From contig NZ_JBFWOM010000004.1 in NCBI RefSeq assembly GCF_050250495.1, forward strand, positions 22,553 to 86,552: 64,000 bases of DNA, in the 5' to 3' direction. Each line of letters opens with the position of its first letter. The stretch's first letter is position 1. The DNA comes from Immundisolibacter sp. (GTDB taxonomy: Bacteria > Pseudomonadota > Gammaproteobacteria > Immundisolibacterales > Immundisolibacteraceae). The notes below the pieces were generated by a model. The model had not been told where the DNA came from. It saw nothing but the letters and a program-made list of their open reading frames with translations, and made no database searches. A program made the position numbers and the translations under genes. Of this stretch, positions 9,064 to 18,784 are shown piece by piece.

Positions 9064-9918
9064 ATGCAGACACTCACGTCCGTGGTGTACCTGGAGGGCC
9101 TCGTGTTCGGCGAATGCCCGCGCTGGCGGGACGGCGCCCTGTGGCTGTCGGACATGTTCGGCGGGCGCGTGCTGCGCTCGACCGGCGCCGGCAAGGCCGA
9201 AACCGTGCTGGAGATCAAGGGCGGGCGGCCGTCGGGACTCGCGTTTCTCGACGACGGCAGCCTGCTCGTGGTGTCCATGCTCGACCGCAAGCTATTGCGC
9301 CGCTGGCCGGACGGGCGCGTCGAACCGTTTGCCGATCTCGCCCCGCACGTCGCCGGCGACATCAACGACATGGTGCGCGCGCCGGACGGCGGCGTGTTCG
9401 TCGGCAATTTCGGCTTTGATCTTTTCGCCGGCGCCGAGGGCCGACTGACCAACCTGCACCACGTCGATAGCGCAGGGAAGGTGCGCGAGGTGGCGACTGA
9501 ACTCAACTTCCCGAACGGCATGGTGATCACGCCCGACCGGCGCACGCTGATCGTGGCCGAGACCTTTGCACACCGCCTGACCGCGTTCGACCTCGACGGC
9601 GGACAGCTGCGCAACCGCCGCGTGTTCGCGCAGCTCGGCGACTACGCGCCGGACGGCATCTGTCTGGACGCCGCGGGCGCGGTGTGGGTCAGCGCCTTCG
9701 TCGGCGACGCGTACCTGCGTGTCGAGGAAGGCGGCAACATCACCCACCAGGTGCCGCTGTCCGGCCGGCGTGCGGTGGCCTGCAACCTCGGCGGCACGGA
9801 CGGGCGCACGCTGTTCATGGTCACCGCCGACACGGACGTGGAACGGCTCGCCCGGGGCGATTCCAGGGCGCGGGTGGAGACGACACGTGTCGAGGTGGCG
9901 GGAGCCGGATCGCCGTGA
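9064..9918 (+). CDS. SMP-30/gluconolactonase/LRE family protein
   Basis: FGECPRW...LWLSDM, INDM, FPNGMVIT, PDGICLDAAGAVWV. Confidence 0.9.
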   Translation: MQTLTSVVYLEGLVFGECPRWRDGALWLSDMFGGRVLRSTGAGKAETVLEIKGGRPSGLAFLDDGSLLVVSMLDRKLLRRWPDGRVEPFADLAPHVAGDINDMVRAPDGGVFVGNFGFDLFAGAEGRLTNLHHVDSAGKVREVATELNFPNGMVITPDRRTLIVAETFAHRLTAFDLDGGQLRNRRVFAQLGDYAPDGICLDAAGAVWVSAFVGDAYLRVEEGGNITHQVPLSGRRAVACNLGGTDGRTLFMVTADTDVERLARGDSRARVETTRVEVAGAGSP

Positions 9919-9963
9919 CGGCGCCCTGACGCACAGCACGCCCAGCGTCCGGAGGACGACCCG

Positions 9964-10761
9964 ATGAACCAGAAATTCATGATCGGCCTGCTGGTGGCCG
10001 GCGCGGCGCTGGCGGCCGTGTCATTTGGACTGCGCGCGGCGACAGGCGGCAGGCTCGAAGTCAAGACCATCGACCTCGCCTTCCTGATCGTGCCGGTGCT
10101 GCTGTTTGCACTCGCCAGCGGCAAGCTCACCGGCATCGATCTGTTCGGCGTCAAGGCGGACCTGAGCGCGCTGTGGGAGAAGGCGGCGACCACGCCCATC
10201 AAGGCGCAGATCAGCAAGTCTCAGTCCACCGGCGTGGCGGACGCGGTGCAAACCTTCGAGATGGCCGCCAAGGGCGGTCTGAGCGAATTGCCGCGCCTGG
10301 TGGATCGCAAGACCCAGGCGCTCGCTTTCACGCTGTCCGGCGGCGGCTACTACGGGCCGGCCATCCAGCGCTACTTCGAGGCCCTGTCGGGCAGCAACCA
10401 GTTGCGCGTGATCGTGATCAACGAACCCGACGGCCGCCTGTTTGGCGTGTTCGACGCGCCAGAGCTGGTGGCGGCGCTGCGCTTCTCTGGCGATGCCGGT
10501 TACGCGCAGTTCGAACAGCTGCTGAATGGCTCCGACCAGGCCTCGCGCGACGCACTGGCCCGCCTGCCGGGATTCATCGGCGCCGCGATGGCCACCTCCT
10601 CCGGCACGTCCAAGCATGAGGCGCTGCGCGGTATGGAACGGGCCGGCGTGGACATCCTGCCGGTGATCGACGACAAGCAGCGCTTCATCGGCACCGTCAG
10701 CCGCGCCGCGCTCACGGCCAGTCTGATCCTGTCGATCACCGAGCAGATCGGCGCCCGCTGA
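9964..10761 (+). CDS. Hypothetical membrane protein with C-terminal CBS-like region
   Basis: Two N-terminal hydrophobic segments; C-terminal EALRGMERAGVDILPVIDDKQRFIGTVSR matches a CBS repeat pattern. Confidence 0.65.
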   Translation: MNQKFMIGLLVAGAALAAVSFGLRAATGGRLEVKTIDLAFLIVPVLLFALASGKLTGIDLFGVKADLSALWEKAATTPIKAQISKSQSTGVADAVQTFEMAAKGGLSELPRLVDRKTQALAFTLSGGGYYGPAIQRYFEALSGSNQLRVIVINEPDGRLFGVFDAPELVAALRFSGDAGYAQFEQLLNGSDQASRDALARLPGFIGAAMATSSGTSKHEALRGMERAGVDILPVIDDKQRFIGTVSRAALTASLILSITEQIGAR

Positions 10762-10858
10762 GCATTGCAGGGGCGGTTGCGCAGTACGGGCAACGCGCGC
10801 TACCGTCGCGCACAAGAACGAACGTTCGGCCATTCACGTTTGCGAGGAGAACGCACAC

Positions 10859-11941
10859 ATGGACGCCACCGCCCTGCGCCCGGCCGTCGACGCCGACGGC
10901 CACATCATGGAATCGCTGGCCGAGATGGCCGAGTACGCGCACCCGGCGGTGCGCGAGCTGTGCGTGAACCCGCAGAATTTCTTTCGCACGCCGTTCCCGA
11001 CGCTGGATGGCGTGCACTGGCCGAAGCCGTCGGTATTCAAGGCCGAAGAAGGCGTGATGGGCGACCAGGAGCTCGCCAGCAAGCACCGCAAGGGTTCCGC
11101 CGAGGACTGGCTGGAGTTCCTGAAGAACGCCAACGTCGAGTACTCGATCATGTACACCAGCGAGGGCCTGACGGTCGGCCAGATTCGTGAGGAGGAATAC
11201 GCGATCGCGGTCTGCCAGGCCTACAACGACTACGTGGCCGATCGCTACCGGCGCGTGAGTCCGAAGCTGCTGCCGATGGCGCTGATCCCGATGCAGAAGC
11301 CGGCTGCGGCAGTGGAAGAACTGCGCCGCGTAGTCAAGGAGCTGAAGCTGCCCGGCGCCATGCTGCCATCCACCGGCCTGCCGCTCGACCTTGGCCACGA
11401 GTACTACTGGCCGATCTACAAGGAGGCAGCGGACCTTGGCTGCGCGCTTGGCGTGCACGGCGGCTCGAACGTCGGGCTTGGTCTCGGCTCGGTCAACTCG
11501 ATCCTGCCCTCGCACGTCATCCACCACCCGATGGGGCTGATGATCGCGGCCGTGTCCATGATCCACAACGGCCTGTTCGAGAAGTACCCCGGCCTGCGCG
11601 TCGCCTTCACCGAGGGCGGCTGCGGCTGGACCACCGTGCTGCTCGATCGCATGGCGCGCAACGCCGAACTCGGCATGATGGGCGCCTACCGCACCTTCGA
11701 GCACTACTGCCAGAACGGCCAGATCCTGATCGGCTGCGAGCCCGGCGAGGGCACGCTGCCGTATCTCATCAAGCGGGTCGGACCGGACGCATTTGCCTTC
11801 TCGACCGACTACCCGCACGAGGTAGACTTCCGCGCCGTGCGCAAGGAAATCGAGGCCGCCTACGCCCAGCCCGACCTCACGCTGGAAGAAAAGAACAAGC
11901 TGCTTGGCGACAACGCGCGGCGGTTCTTCAACCTGAACTGA
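10859..11941 (+). CDS. Amidohydrolase_2 family protein (ACMSD/LigW/LigY-like)
   Basis: VDADGHI, AYNDY, LGVHGG, LRVAFTEGGCGW, FSTDYPH, LLGDNARRFF. Confidence 0.85.
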   Translation: MDATALRPAVDADGHIMESLAEMAEYAHPAVRELCVNPQNFFRTPFPTLDGVHWPKPSVFKAEEGVMGDQELASKHRKGSAEDWLEFLKNANVEYSIMYTSEGLTVGQIREEEYAIAVCQAYNDYVADRYRRVSPKLLPMALIPMQKPAAAVEELRRVVKELKLPGAMLPSTGLPLDLGHEYYWPIYKEAADLGCALGVHGGSNVGLGLGSVNSILPSHVIHHPMGLMIAAVSMIHNGLFEKYPGLRVAFTEGGCGWTTVLLDRMARNAELGMMGAYRTFEHYCQNGQILIGCEPGEGTLPYLIKRVGPDAFAFSTDYPHEVDFRAVRKEIEAAYAQPDLTLEEKNKLLGDNARRFFNLN

Positions 11942-11993
11942 CCGCGCCGGTCAACGCGCCATCGCGCTTGCCGCGCCTCGGGAGCACCAAGCC

Positions 11994-13211
11994 ATGAAAC
12001 CCGACGACAGCTTCGCCGCCTCGCTGCCGCGCTGGCCCGCGGCCTTCAACGAAGTGCCCAAGTGGGTCTTCGAGGACGCCGACGTGTTCGCCCTGGAGCT
12101 CGACCGCATCTTCCGCGGCCCGGTCTGGCACCCGGTGGCGCACGAGGTCGAATTGCCGAACCCCGGCGACTACAAGACCGTTACCGTCGGACGCACGCCG
12201 CTGCTGGTGATACGCGGCGATGACGGCGTGGTCAGGGCGTTTCACAACGCGTGCACACACCGCAGCACCAAGCTGGCGATGAATTTCCGTGGCCACACCG
12301 GCGACATCGAGTGCCCCTACCACCGCTGGGTGTTCGACACCCAGGGTCAGTTGCGCGCCTGCCCCGGCGAGGCGGAGTTCCCGCCCGACTTCAAGCGCGC
12401 CGACTACAACCTCGCCGAGGCGCGCAGCGCAAGCTACGTCGGGCTGCTGTTCGTCAGCCTGCACGCCAGTCCCCCACCGCTCATGGACTGGATGGGCGCC
12501 ATGGCGGGCCCGGTGCGGGACGCGCTCGGCGGTGACGGGCGCCTGAAACTGCTCGGCTACCAGAAGGTGCGCTATCAATCGAACTGGAAGATCTACATCG
12601 ACAACGACGCCTTCCATGCCCCGTTGCTGCACGCGGCCTTTCGCATCCTGCGCTGGCAACGGCCCACCGGCCGCCAAAGCCGCCTGCCGGCCGGACACAT
12701 GATGATCCTGTCCGCGGTGGACGAGGCGCCAGACCACGGCGGGCTGCTGCGCGACCCGAGCGTCATCGAATACCAGGGCGGCGCCGCGCCGCGCAACAAG
12801 GCCGCCGAGCAGGGGCCAGGATCGAGCCTGCTGGCGTTCTGGCCGCTCACCGCCATCGCCAACCATCTCGACATTTTCAACATCCGCTATGCCAATCCCG
12901 TGGGACTGGACCAGGTCGAGGTCCACTACGCCTACTTCGCCCATGCCGACGACGACGCGGACCTCGTGCGCCACCGCCTGCGCCAGTCGTCGAACATGAT
13001 CGGCCCGAGCGGCTTCGTGAGCCTGGAAGACGCCACCGTGTTCATGCGCATCCAGCAGGCACTGGAAACCGATCCTTCGCGAACCTTCTTCCTGAAGGGT
13101 TACCGCGAGGGTGCGGACCTGACTGAAACCAAGCAGAACGACGAAGCCCCGAACGCGCTGTGGTGGGAGCACTACCGGCAGATGATGGGGTTCACCCGAG
13201 AAGCGGGATGA
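11994..13211 (+). CDS. Rieske aromatic ring-hydroxylating oxygenase alpha subunit (salicylate hydroxylase NagG-like branch)
   Basis: Rieske motif NACTHR...ECPYHRW; mononuclear Fe motif DAFHAPLLH and EDATVF; N-terminus resembles NagG-type proteins. Confidence 0.9.
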   Translation: MKPDDSFAASLPRWPAAFNEVPKWVFEDADVFALELDRIFRGPVWHPVAHEVELPNPGDYKTVTVGRTPLLVIRGDDGVVRAFHNACTHRSTKLAMNFRGHTGDIECPYHRWVFDTQGQLRACPGEAEFPPDFKRADYNLAEARSASYVGLLFVSLHASPPPLMDWMGAMAGPVRDALGGDGRLKLLGYQKVRYQSNWKIYIDNDAFHAPLLHAAFRILRWQRPTGRQSRLPAGHMMILSAVDEAPDHGGLLRDPSVIEYQGGAAPRNKAAEQGPGSSLLAFWPLTAIANHLDIFNIRYANPVGLDQVEVHYAYFAHADDDADLVRHRLRQSSNMIGPSGFVSLEDATVFMRIQQALETDPSRTFFLKGYREGADLTETKQNDEAPNALWWEHYRQMMGFTREAG

Positions 13212-13248
13212 AATACAAGCCTTACCGCACTCCGCTCCTTGGCTTTGT

Positions 13249-15786
13249 TCATGAGAGCCCCGCGAACAGCCTCCGCTTGGCGAGCTCCGTACACATCACG
13301 TAGCCGGCGGTAATCGCCAGCACCGCCGCCAGCACGTTCGCCGGCAGCGGCGTGAACTCGAACAGCGCGTGGCTCGCCGGCAGGTAGGGCAGCGCGATCG
13401 CAACGCCGGTCAGCGCCAGCGTCAGACTCCACAGCAGCGTGCCCGGCCGGCTGCGCCAGGCGGGGCGGGCGGTGCGCACCACCAGCAGCACCCACAGCTC
13501 GGTCAGCAGCGACTCCACGAACCAGCCGGTGCGAAAGAGGGCCGGTGCGCCATCGGTCAGCCACAGCAGCAGCGCAAAGGTGAGGCCGTCGAACAGCGAG
13601 CTGATGAGGCCAAAGGTGAGCATGAAGCGGCGGATGGCGGCCACGTTCCAGCGGTGCGGCGTCTGCACGGCCTCCGCGTCCACCCGGTCGGTGGCGATGC
13701 CCATCGCCGGCAGGTCCGAGAGGAAATTGTTCAGCAGGATCTGCTTCGGCAGCAGTGGCAAAAACGGCAGAAACAGGCTCGCCGCCGCCATACTGATCAT
13801 GTTGCCGAAGTTGGCGCTGGTGGTGGTGTAGATGTACTTGAGCGTGTTGGCGAAGGTGCTGCGGCCGAACTCGATGCCGCGGCACAGCACGTCAAGATCG
13901 TGCTGCAGCAGCACGAAATCGGCCGCCTGCTTGGCGACGTCCACCGCCTGATCGACCGAGATGCCGGCATCGGCGGCGTGCAGCGCCGGCGCGTCGTTGA
14001 TGCCGTCGCCCAGATACCCCACCACGTGGCCGGAGCGCTTCAAGGCCAGGATCAGGCGCTCCTTCTGGTTCGGGTCGACCTCGGCGAACAGGTCGGTGTC
14101 GACCACCCGCTGCCACAGCGCCTCGTCGCGCATGTCGTCGATCTGCGCGCCGGTCAGCACCACCGGTTCCGCGATGCCCACCTCGCGCGCCAGGTGCGCC
14201 GCCACCAGGCGGTTGTCGCCGGTGATGATCTTGACCGCCACGCCCAGACGCCCGAGGTCGGCCAGCGTGCGCTCGATGCCGGGCTTGGGCGGGTCGAAGA
14301 ACAGCAGAAAGCCCTCGAAGCAGAGGCCGGTCTCGTCGCTGGCGTGGTAGGCGGGTTTGACTTCGAGCGGGCGGCTGGCGACGCCGAGCACGCGGTAGCC
14401 CTGTTCGCTCCACGCGGCAAAGCGCTGTTCGAGGACGGCGGTTTGCGCGTCGTCCAGCGGAATTTCGGCCGCACCGACGCGCAGGCGCTCGCATACCGCC
14501 AGCACGCTGGCGAAGGCGCCCTTGGTCAGCAGCGTCGACGTGCCGTCCGGCCCGGCGGCGACGATGGACAGGCGCTTGCGCAGAAAGTCGTAGGGGATTT
14601 CGTCGAGCTTGCGCCAGGCGGCCGGGTTCAAGCCGGCCGGCACGCCGGCCGCCTCGATGGCGGCGTCGAGCGGGTTGTCGATGCCGGTCTCGAAGTGGGC
14701 GTTGAGGTAGGTGAGCTGCGCCACCCGCGCCGAGGGCTGCCCATCGCCACCCAGTGCGCCGTCGAGCTTGATCACCCCCACCGTCAGCGTGCCGGTCTTG
14801 TCGGTGCACAGCACATCCATGCTGCCGAGGTTCTCGATGGCGGCGAGCCGGCGCACGATCACGCCCTGACGGGCCATGGCCCGCGCCCCGTGCGACAGCG
14901 TGAGGGTCATGATGGCCGGCAGCAGCTCCGGCGACAGCCCCACCGCCAGCGCCACCGAGAACAGCAGCGCCTCCACCACCGGCCGCTCGAAGTGGACGTT
15001 GATGGCAAACACCGCCAGCGTCAGCGCCACCATCACCTGCGTCAGCAGCGCGCCGAAGCGGCGGATGCCAAGCTCGAACTCGGTCGGCGGCGCGCGCCGG
15101 CGCAGGCGGTGGGCGATGGCGCCGAACGCCGTGCCGGCACCGGTCTCGACGATCAACGCCCGGGCCGTGCCGCTGCGCACCGAGGTGCCCATGAATACGC
15201 AGCCGTGGCGCTCGGCGAGGCCGGCCTGCGGCGGCGCCGTGCCGGGGGTTTTCTCGACCGGGAAGGTCTCGCCGGTCAGCACCGCCTCGGTGACGAAAAA
15301 GTCCTTCGCCTCCAGCAGCACGCCGTCGGCCGGGATCAGGCTGCCGGCGGCCAGCTGCACCACGTCGCCCGGCACCACTGCCTCGGCCGGCAGGCTCACC
15401 GTCGCGCGGTCGCGCAGCACCGTCACCCGCGCCGCGACCTGTTCGCGCAGCGCCGCCACCGCCGCCGAGGCGCGGTACTCCTGCACGAAGCCGAGCCCGC
15501 CGCTGCCGAGCACGATGCCGAGCACAATGGCGGCGTCGAGCCACTCGTGCAGGTAGAGCGACAGCAGGCCGGCGAACAGCAGGATCAGCACCAGCGGATC
15601 GGTGAACTGCTTCAGCAGCAGCGCCAGCGGCGCCAGCGCCGGGCCTTCCGGCAGGCGGTTCGGGCCGTGCTCGGCAAGGCGGCGGGCGGCTTCGGTGGCG
15701 CTCAGGCCGCCCGCTGTGCTGCGCAGCGCTTGCAGCAGGTCGTCCGGCGACCGGGACCAGTAGGCTTCGCGCGCGGCGTCGGGCAT
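13249..15786 (-). CDS. mgtA: Magnesium-translocating P-type ATPase
   Basis: Start at MPDAAREAYW. TGETFPVEK, PELLP, DKTGTLT phosphorylation motif, EIPYDFLRKR, TGDN, GDGINDAP, SANFGNM.S, QILLNNFLSD, FRTGWFVES. Confidence 0.9.
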   Translation of the reverse strand: MPDAAREAYWSRSPDDLLQALRSTAGGLSATEAARRLAEHGPNRLPEGPALAPLALLLKQFTDPLVLILLFAGLLSLYLHEWLDAAIVLGIVLGSGGLGFVQEYRASAAVAALREQVAARVTVLRDRATVSLPAEAVVPGDVVQLAAGSLIPADGVLLEAKDFFVTEAVLTGETFPVEKTPGTAPPQAGLAERHGCVFMGTSVRSGTARALIVETGAGTAFGAIAHRLRRRAPPTEFELGIRRFGALLTQVMVALTLAVFAINVHFERPVVEALLFSVALAVGLSPELLPAIMTLTLSHGARAMARQGVIVRRLAAIENLGSMDVLCTDKTGTLTVGVIKLDGALGGDGQPSARVAQLTYLNAHFETGIDNPLDAAIEAAGVPAGLNPAAWRKLDEIPYDFLRKRLSIVAAGPDGTSTLLTKGAFASVLAVCERLRVGAAEIPLDDAQTAVLEQRFAAWSEQGYRVLGVASRPLEVKPAYHASDETGLCFEGFLLFFDPPKPGIERTLADLGRLGVAVKIITGDNRLVAAHLAREVGIAEPVVLTGAQIDDMRDEALWQRVVDTDLFAEVDPNQKERLILALKRSGHVVGYLGDGINDAPALHAADAGISVDQAVDVAKQAADFVLLQHDLDVLCRGIEFGRSTFANTLKYIYTTTSANFGNMISMAAASLFLPFLPLLPKQILLNNFLSDLPAMGIATDRVDAEAVQTPHRWNVAAIRRFMLTFGLISSLFDGLTFALLLWLTDGAPALFRTGWFVESLLTELWVLLVVRTARPAWRSRPGTLLWSLTLALTGVAIALPYLPASHALFEFTPLPANVLAAVLAITAGYVMCTELAKRRLFAGLS

Positions 15787-15839
15787 GGCTCGGGGCGGCG
15801 GTCGGGTGGGCAGGGCGTGGGCAGTATAGTGACGGCGCC

Positions 15840-16886
15840 TTGCCGCCACGCCCCGCGCCGACTGCGTTCGTGCCCGCAACCGCTCCGCCCGCCGTGACCC
15901 GCCCGCCGGCCGACCGCGCACGGCGTCTCGCTCGTGCCGCCTGGCTGTTCGGCGCGCTGCTGTTGCTGGCGGTGCTGGGCGTTGGCCTGCACCTTGGCGA
16001 ACTGCACGAGGTGCTCGCCCTGCTCGCCGAGTTGCGCTGGCCGTGGCTCGCTGCGGCGCTGGCGCTGCAGGCGATGACCTATGTCTGCGCCGCCGGCGTC
16101 TGGCAGCGGGTATTGGCGCGCCTTGGCGAGACACGACCGCTGGCGGGCCTGGTGCCGCTCAGCCTGGCCAAGCTGTTCACCGATCAGGCCATGCCGAGTG
16201 GGGGGCTGAGCGGCAACATCCTGTTCGTGCATGCCATGCGCCGGCGCGGTGTCGCGGCGCCAGCGGCGATGGCCGCACTGGTCGTGAGCATGATCGGCCA
16301 CTACCTCGCCAACCTGCTGCTGGCGGCGCTGAGCGGCCTCGCCTTGGCGCAGTACGACCTGCTGCACCCGGCGTTGACCGCGTTGCTGCTGGCCTACGGC
16401 GCCTTCGCGGTGCTTCTGATCGGGGCCGTGTGGGCGGTGGCGGGCGGCCGCGGCCTGCCGCGCTGGCTGCCGGGGCGTCGCTCGCCGCGCGTGGCGCGCC
16501 TGCTGGATGCGCTCGCGCGCACCGCCCCCGGCGTGCTGCGCGGGCGGGTGCTGCTGGCGGTGGGACCACTGCAGGCCGCAATCGTGCTTTTGGACGCCGC
16601 CACGCTGTGGGTCATGCTGTGGGCGCTCGGTCAGGCGGTGGCGCCGGCGTTGGTGCTGGCGGCGTTCGTGTGCGCCAGCCTGGTGATGGAGATGGGGCCG
16701 ATCCCGCTCGGTCTTGGCAGCTTCGAGGCCACCTGCGTCACCGTGCTGGGGCTTGCCGGCGTGCCGCTGGCGGCGGCGCTCCCGGCCACGGTGCTGCTGC
16801 GTGGCTTCACGCTGTGGCTGCCGATGCTGCCCGGGCTTTGGCTGACGCGCCGCGAGCGGCGGCGCACCACCGCGCCCACGACCTGA
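15840..16886 (+). CDS. Lysylphosphatidylglycerol synthase-like TM protein (UPF0104/YbhN flippase-like domain)
   Basis: Multi-TM protein with PSGGLSG and PIPLGLGSFEA...LLRGFTLWLP motifs. Start uncertain (alternative GTG at 15894). Confidence 0.75.
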   Translation: MPPRPAPTAFVPATAPPAVTRPPADRARRLARAAWLFGALLLLAVLGVGLHLGELHEVLALLAELRWPWLAAALALQAMTYVCAAGVWQRVLARLGETRPLAGLVPLSLAKLFTDQAMPSGGLSGNILFVHAMRRRGVAAPAAMAALVVSMIGHYLANLLLAALSGLALAQYDLLHPALTALLLAYGAFAVLLIGAVWAVAGGRGLPRWLPGRRSPRVARLLDALARTAPGVLRGRVLLAVGPLQAAIVLLDAATLWVMLWALGQAVAPALVLAAFVCASLVMEMGPIPLGLGSFEATCVTVLGLAGVPLAAALPATVLLRGFTLWLPMLPGLWLTRRERRRTTAPTT

Positions 16887-16904
16887 CTTGCCGAACCCCG
16901 GCGC

Positions 16905-16926
16905 GGGCCCGGTTTCCGGGCCCTAC
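16905..16926 (-). repeat. Single GTAG-tagged REP-like palindrome
   Basis: The minus strand reads GTAG-GGCCCGG-AAA-CCGGGCC. Only one copy was seen. Confidence 0.4.
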
Positions 16927-16997
16927 AATCGCTGCCCGCAGCGCAAGTCCCCTTGCACAAACCGCCAATCGCGACCGAGAACCACTGGAGAAACCCC

Positions 16998-17912
16998 ATG
17001 CCCGGCATGCTCGACAACAAGGTCATCATCGTCACCGGCGGCGGTGGCGCCATCGGCGGCGGCATTGCGCGTCTCGCCGCCGCGCAGGGCGCGCGGGTGG
17101 TGGTCAACGACATCGGCGGCTCGGTGGGCGGCGATGGCGCCGACGCCGGACCCGCCCAGCGCATGGTGGACGAGATTCGCGCCGCCGGCGGGCAGGCCGT
17201 GGCCAGCACCGCGAGCGTCGCCTCCTGGGACGGCGCGCAGGCCATGGTGCAGACGGCGCTCGACGCCTACGGCCGCGTGGACGGCGTGGTCAACAACGCT
17301 GGCATCCTGCGCGACGGCATCTTCCACAAGATGTCGCCCGAGGACTTCGAGGCGGTGATCCAGGTGCACCTGTTCGGCTCGTTTTATCTCAGCCGCGCCG
17401 TGGCGCCGCTGTTTCGCGAGCAGGGTGCGGGCGCCCTGGTGCACATGACGTCCACGTCCGGCCTCGTCGGCAACGTCGGCCAGGCCAACTACGCGGCGGC
17501 CAAACTCGGCATCGTCGGACTGTCGAAGTCGATCGCGCTCGACATGCAGCGCTTTGGCGTGCGCAGCAACTGCATCTCGCCGTTCGCCTGGAGCCGCATG
17601 ATCGGCGCCATCCCCACCGACACGCCCGAGCAACAGGCGCGCGTCGAGCGCCTGAAGCGCATGACGCCCGACAAGATCGCGCCGGTGGCGGTGTTCCTGC
17701 TGTCGGACGCGGCCACCAAGGTCAACGGCCAGATCTTCGCCGTGCGCGCCAACGAAGTGTTCCTGATGTCGCAGTCGCGCCCGCTGCGCTCCATCCACCG
17801 CGACGGCGGCTGGACGCCCGAGCAGCTGGCCGAGCGCCTGCCGGCGGCGTTCGCCGAGCAGTTCTACCCGCTCGCCGTGTCGGCCGACGTGTTCGCCTGG
17901 GATCCCATCTGA
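16998..17912 (+). CDS. SDR oxidoreductase (MFE-2-type (3R)-hydroxyacyl-CoA dehydrogenase-like)
   Basis: TGGGGAIG, VVVNDIGG, NNAGILRD, GNVGQANYAAAK (YxxxK). Confidence 0.9.
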   Translation: MPGMLDNKVIIVTGGGGAIGGGIARLAAAQGARVVVNDIGGSVGGDGADAGPAQRMVDEIRAAGGQAVASTASVASWDGAQAMVQTALDAYGRVDGVVNNAGILRDGIFHKMSPEDFEAVIQVHLFGSFYLSRAVAPLFREQGAGALVHMTSTSGLVGNVGQANYAAAKLGIVGLSKSIALDMQRFGVRSNCISPFAWSRMIGAIPTDTPEQQARVERLKRMTPDKIAPVAVFLLSDAATKVNGQIFAVRANEVFLMSQSRPLRSIHRDGGWTPEQLAERLPAAFAEQFYPLAVSADVFAWDPI

Positions 17913-18775
17913 TGGCCATCGACTACGGGCGCCTGCTCGCCTGGCCGGTGCCGGAAATCCGCCAGGCCTACAGCGTGCGCGACAGCCAGCTCTACGCGCT
18001 CGCCGTGGGCCTCGGCGCCGACCCGACCGACACCCGCCAACTGCCCTTCGTCTACGAGCAGTCCCCCCAGGCGCTGCCCACGCAGGCCGTGGTGCTGGGC
18101 TACCCCGGCTTCTGGATGAAGGATCCGGGCACCGGCGTCGACTGGGTGCGCCTGGTGCACGCCGAGCAGGGCCTGACGCTGCACCAGCCGCTGCCGGCCA
18201 GCGGCGAGGTGATCGGCCGCACCCGCGTCATCGGCATCAACGACAAGGGCCCGGGCAAGGGCGCCATCGTCTACAGCCGGCGCACCCTGCACGACGCCAC
18301 CAGCGACGCACTCATCGCCACGCTCGACAGCAGCACGTTTTGCCGCGGCGATGGCGGCTGCGGCGGCAGCGATGCGCCGCCGATGACGCTGACCGCCACG
18401 CCGGAGCGCGCGCCGGACGCCGTGTGCGCACTCCCTACCCTGCCGCAGCAGGCGCTGCTGTATCGGCTGTGCGGGGACTTCAACCCGCTGCACGCGGACC
18501 CCGCGGTGGCGCGCGCCGCCGGCTTCGACCGGCCCATCCTGCACGGCCTGTGTACCTTCGCCGTGGCCGGCCACGCGCTGCTGCGCGAGGCGTGCGGTTA
18601 CGACCCGGCGCGGCTCACCTCAATGCAGGCGCGCTTCTCGGCGCCGGTCTACCCCGGCGAGACGCTGCGCACGGAAATCTGGCGCGAGGCGGACGACGTC
18701 GCGTTTCGCACGTGGGCGGTGGAGCGCGACATCGTGGTGCTGAGTCACGGCCGGGCCGGGATCAAACCTGCCTGA
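17912..18775 (+). CDS. MaoC family (R)-specific enoyl-CoA hydratase 2
   Basis: LYALAVG, LVHAEQ, YRLCGDFNPLHADP..A..AGFDRPILHGLCT hydratase-2 motif, PVYPGETL. TGATG overlap with the SDR stop. Confidence 0.9.
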   Translation: MAIDYGRLLAWPVPEIRQAYSVRDSQLYALAVGLGADPTDTRQLPFVYEQSPQALPTQAVVLGYPGFWMKDPGTGVDWVRLVHAEQGLTLHQPLPASGEVIGRTRVIGINDKGPGKGAIVYSRRTLHDATSDALIATLDSSTFCRGDGGCGGSDAPPMTLTATPERAPDAVCALPTLPQQALLYRLCGDFNPLHADPAVARAAGFDRPILHGLCTFAVAGHALLREACGYDPARLTSMQARFSAPVYPGETLRTEIWREADDVAFRTWAVERDIVVLSHGRAGIKPA

Positions 18776-18784
18776 GCCTGACGC

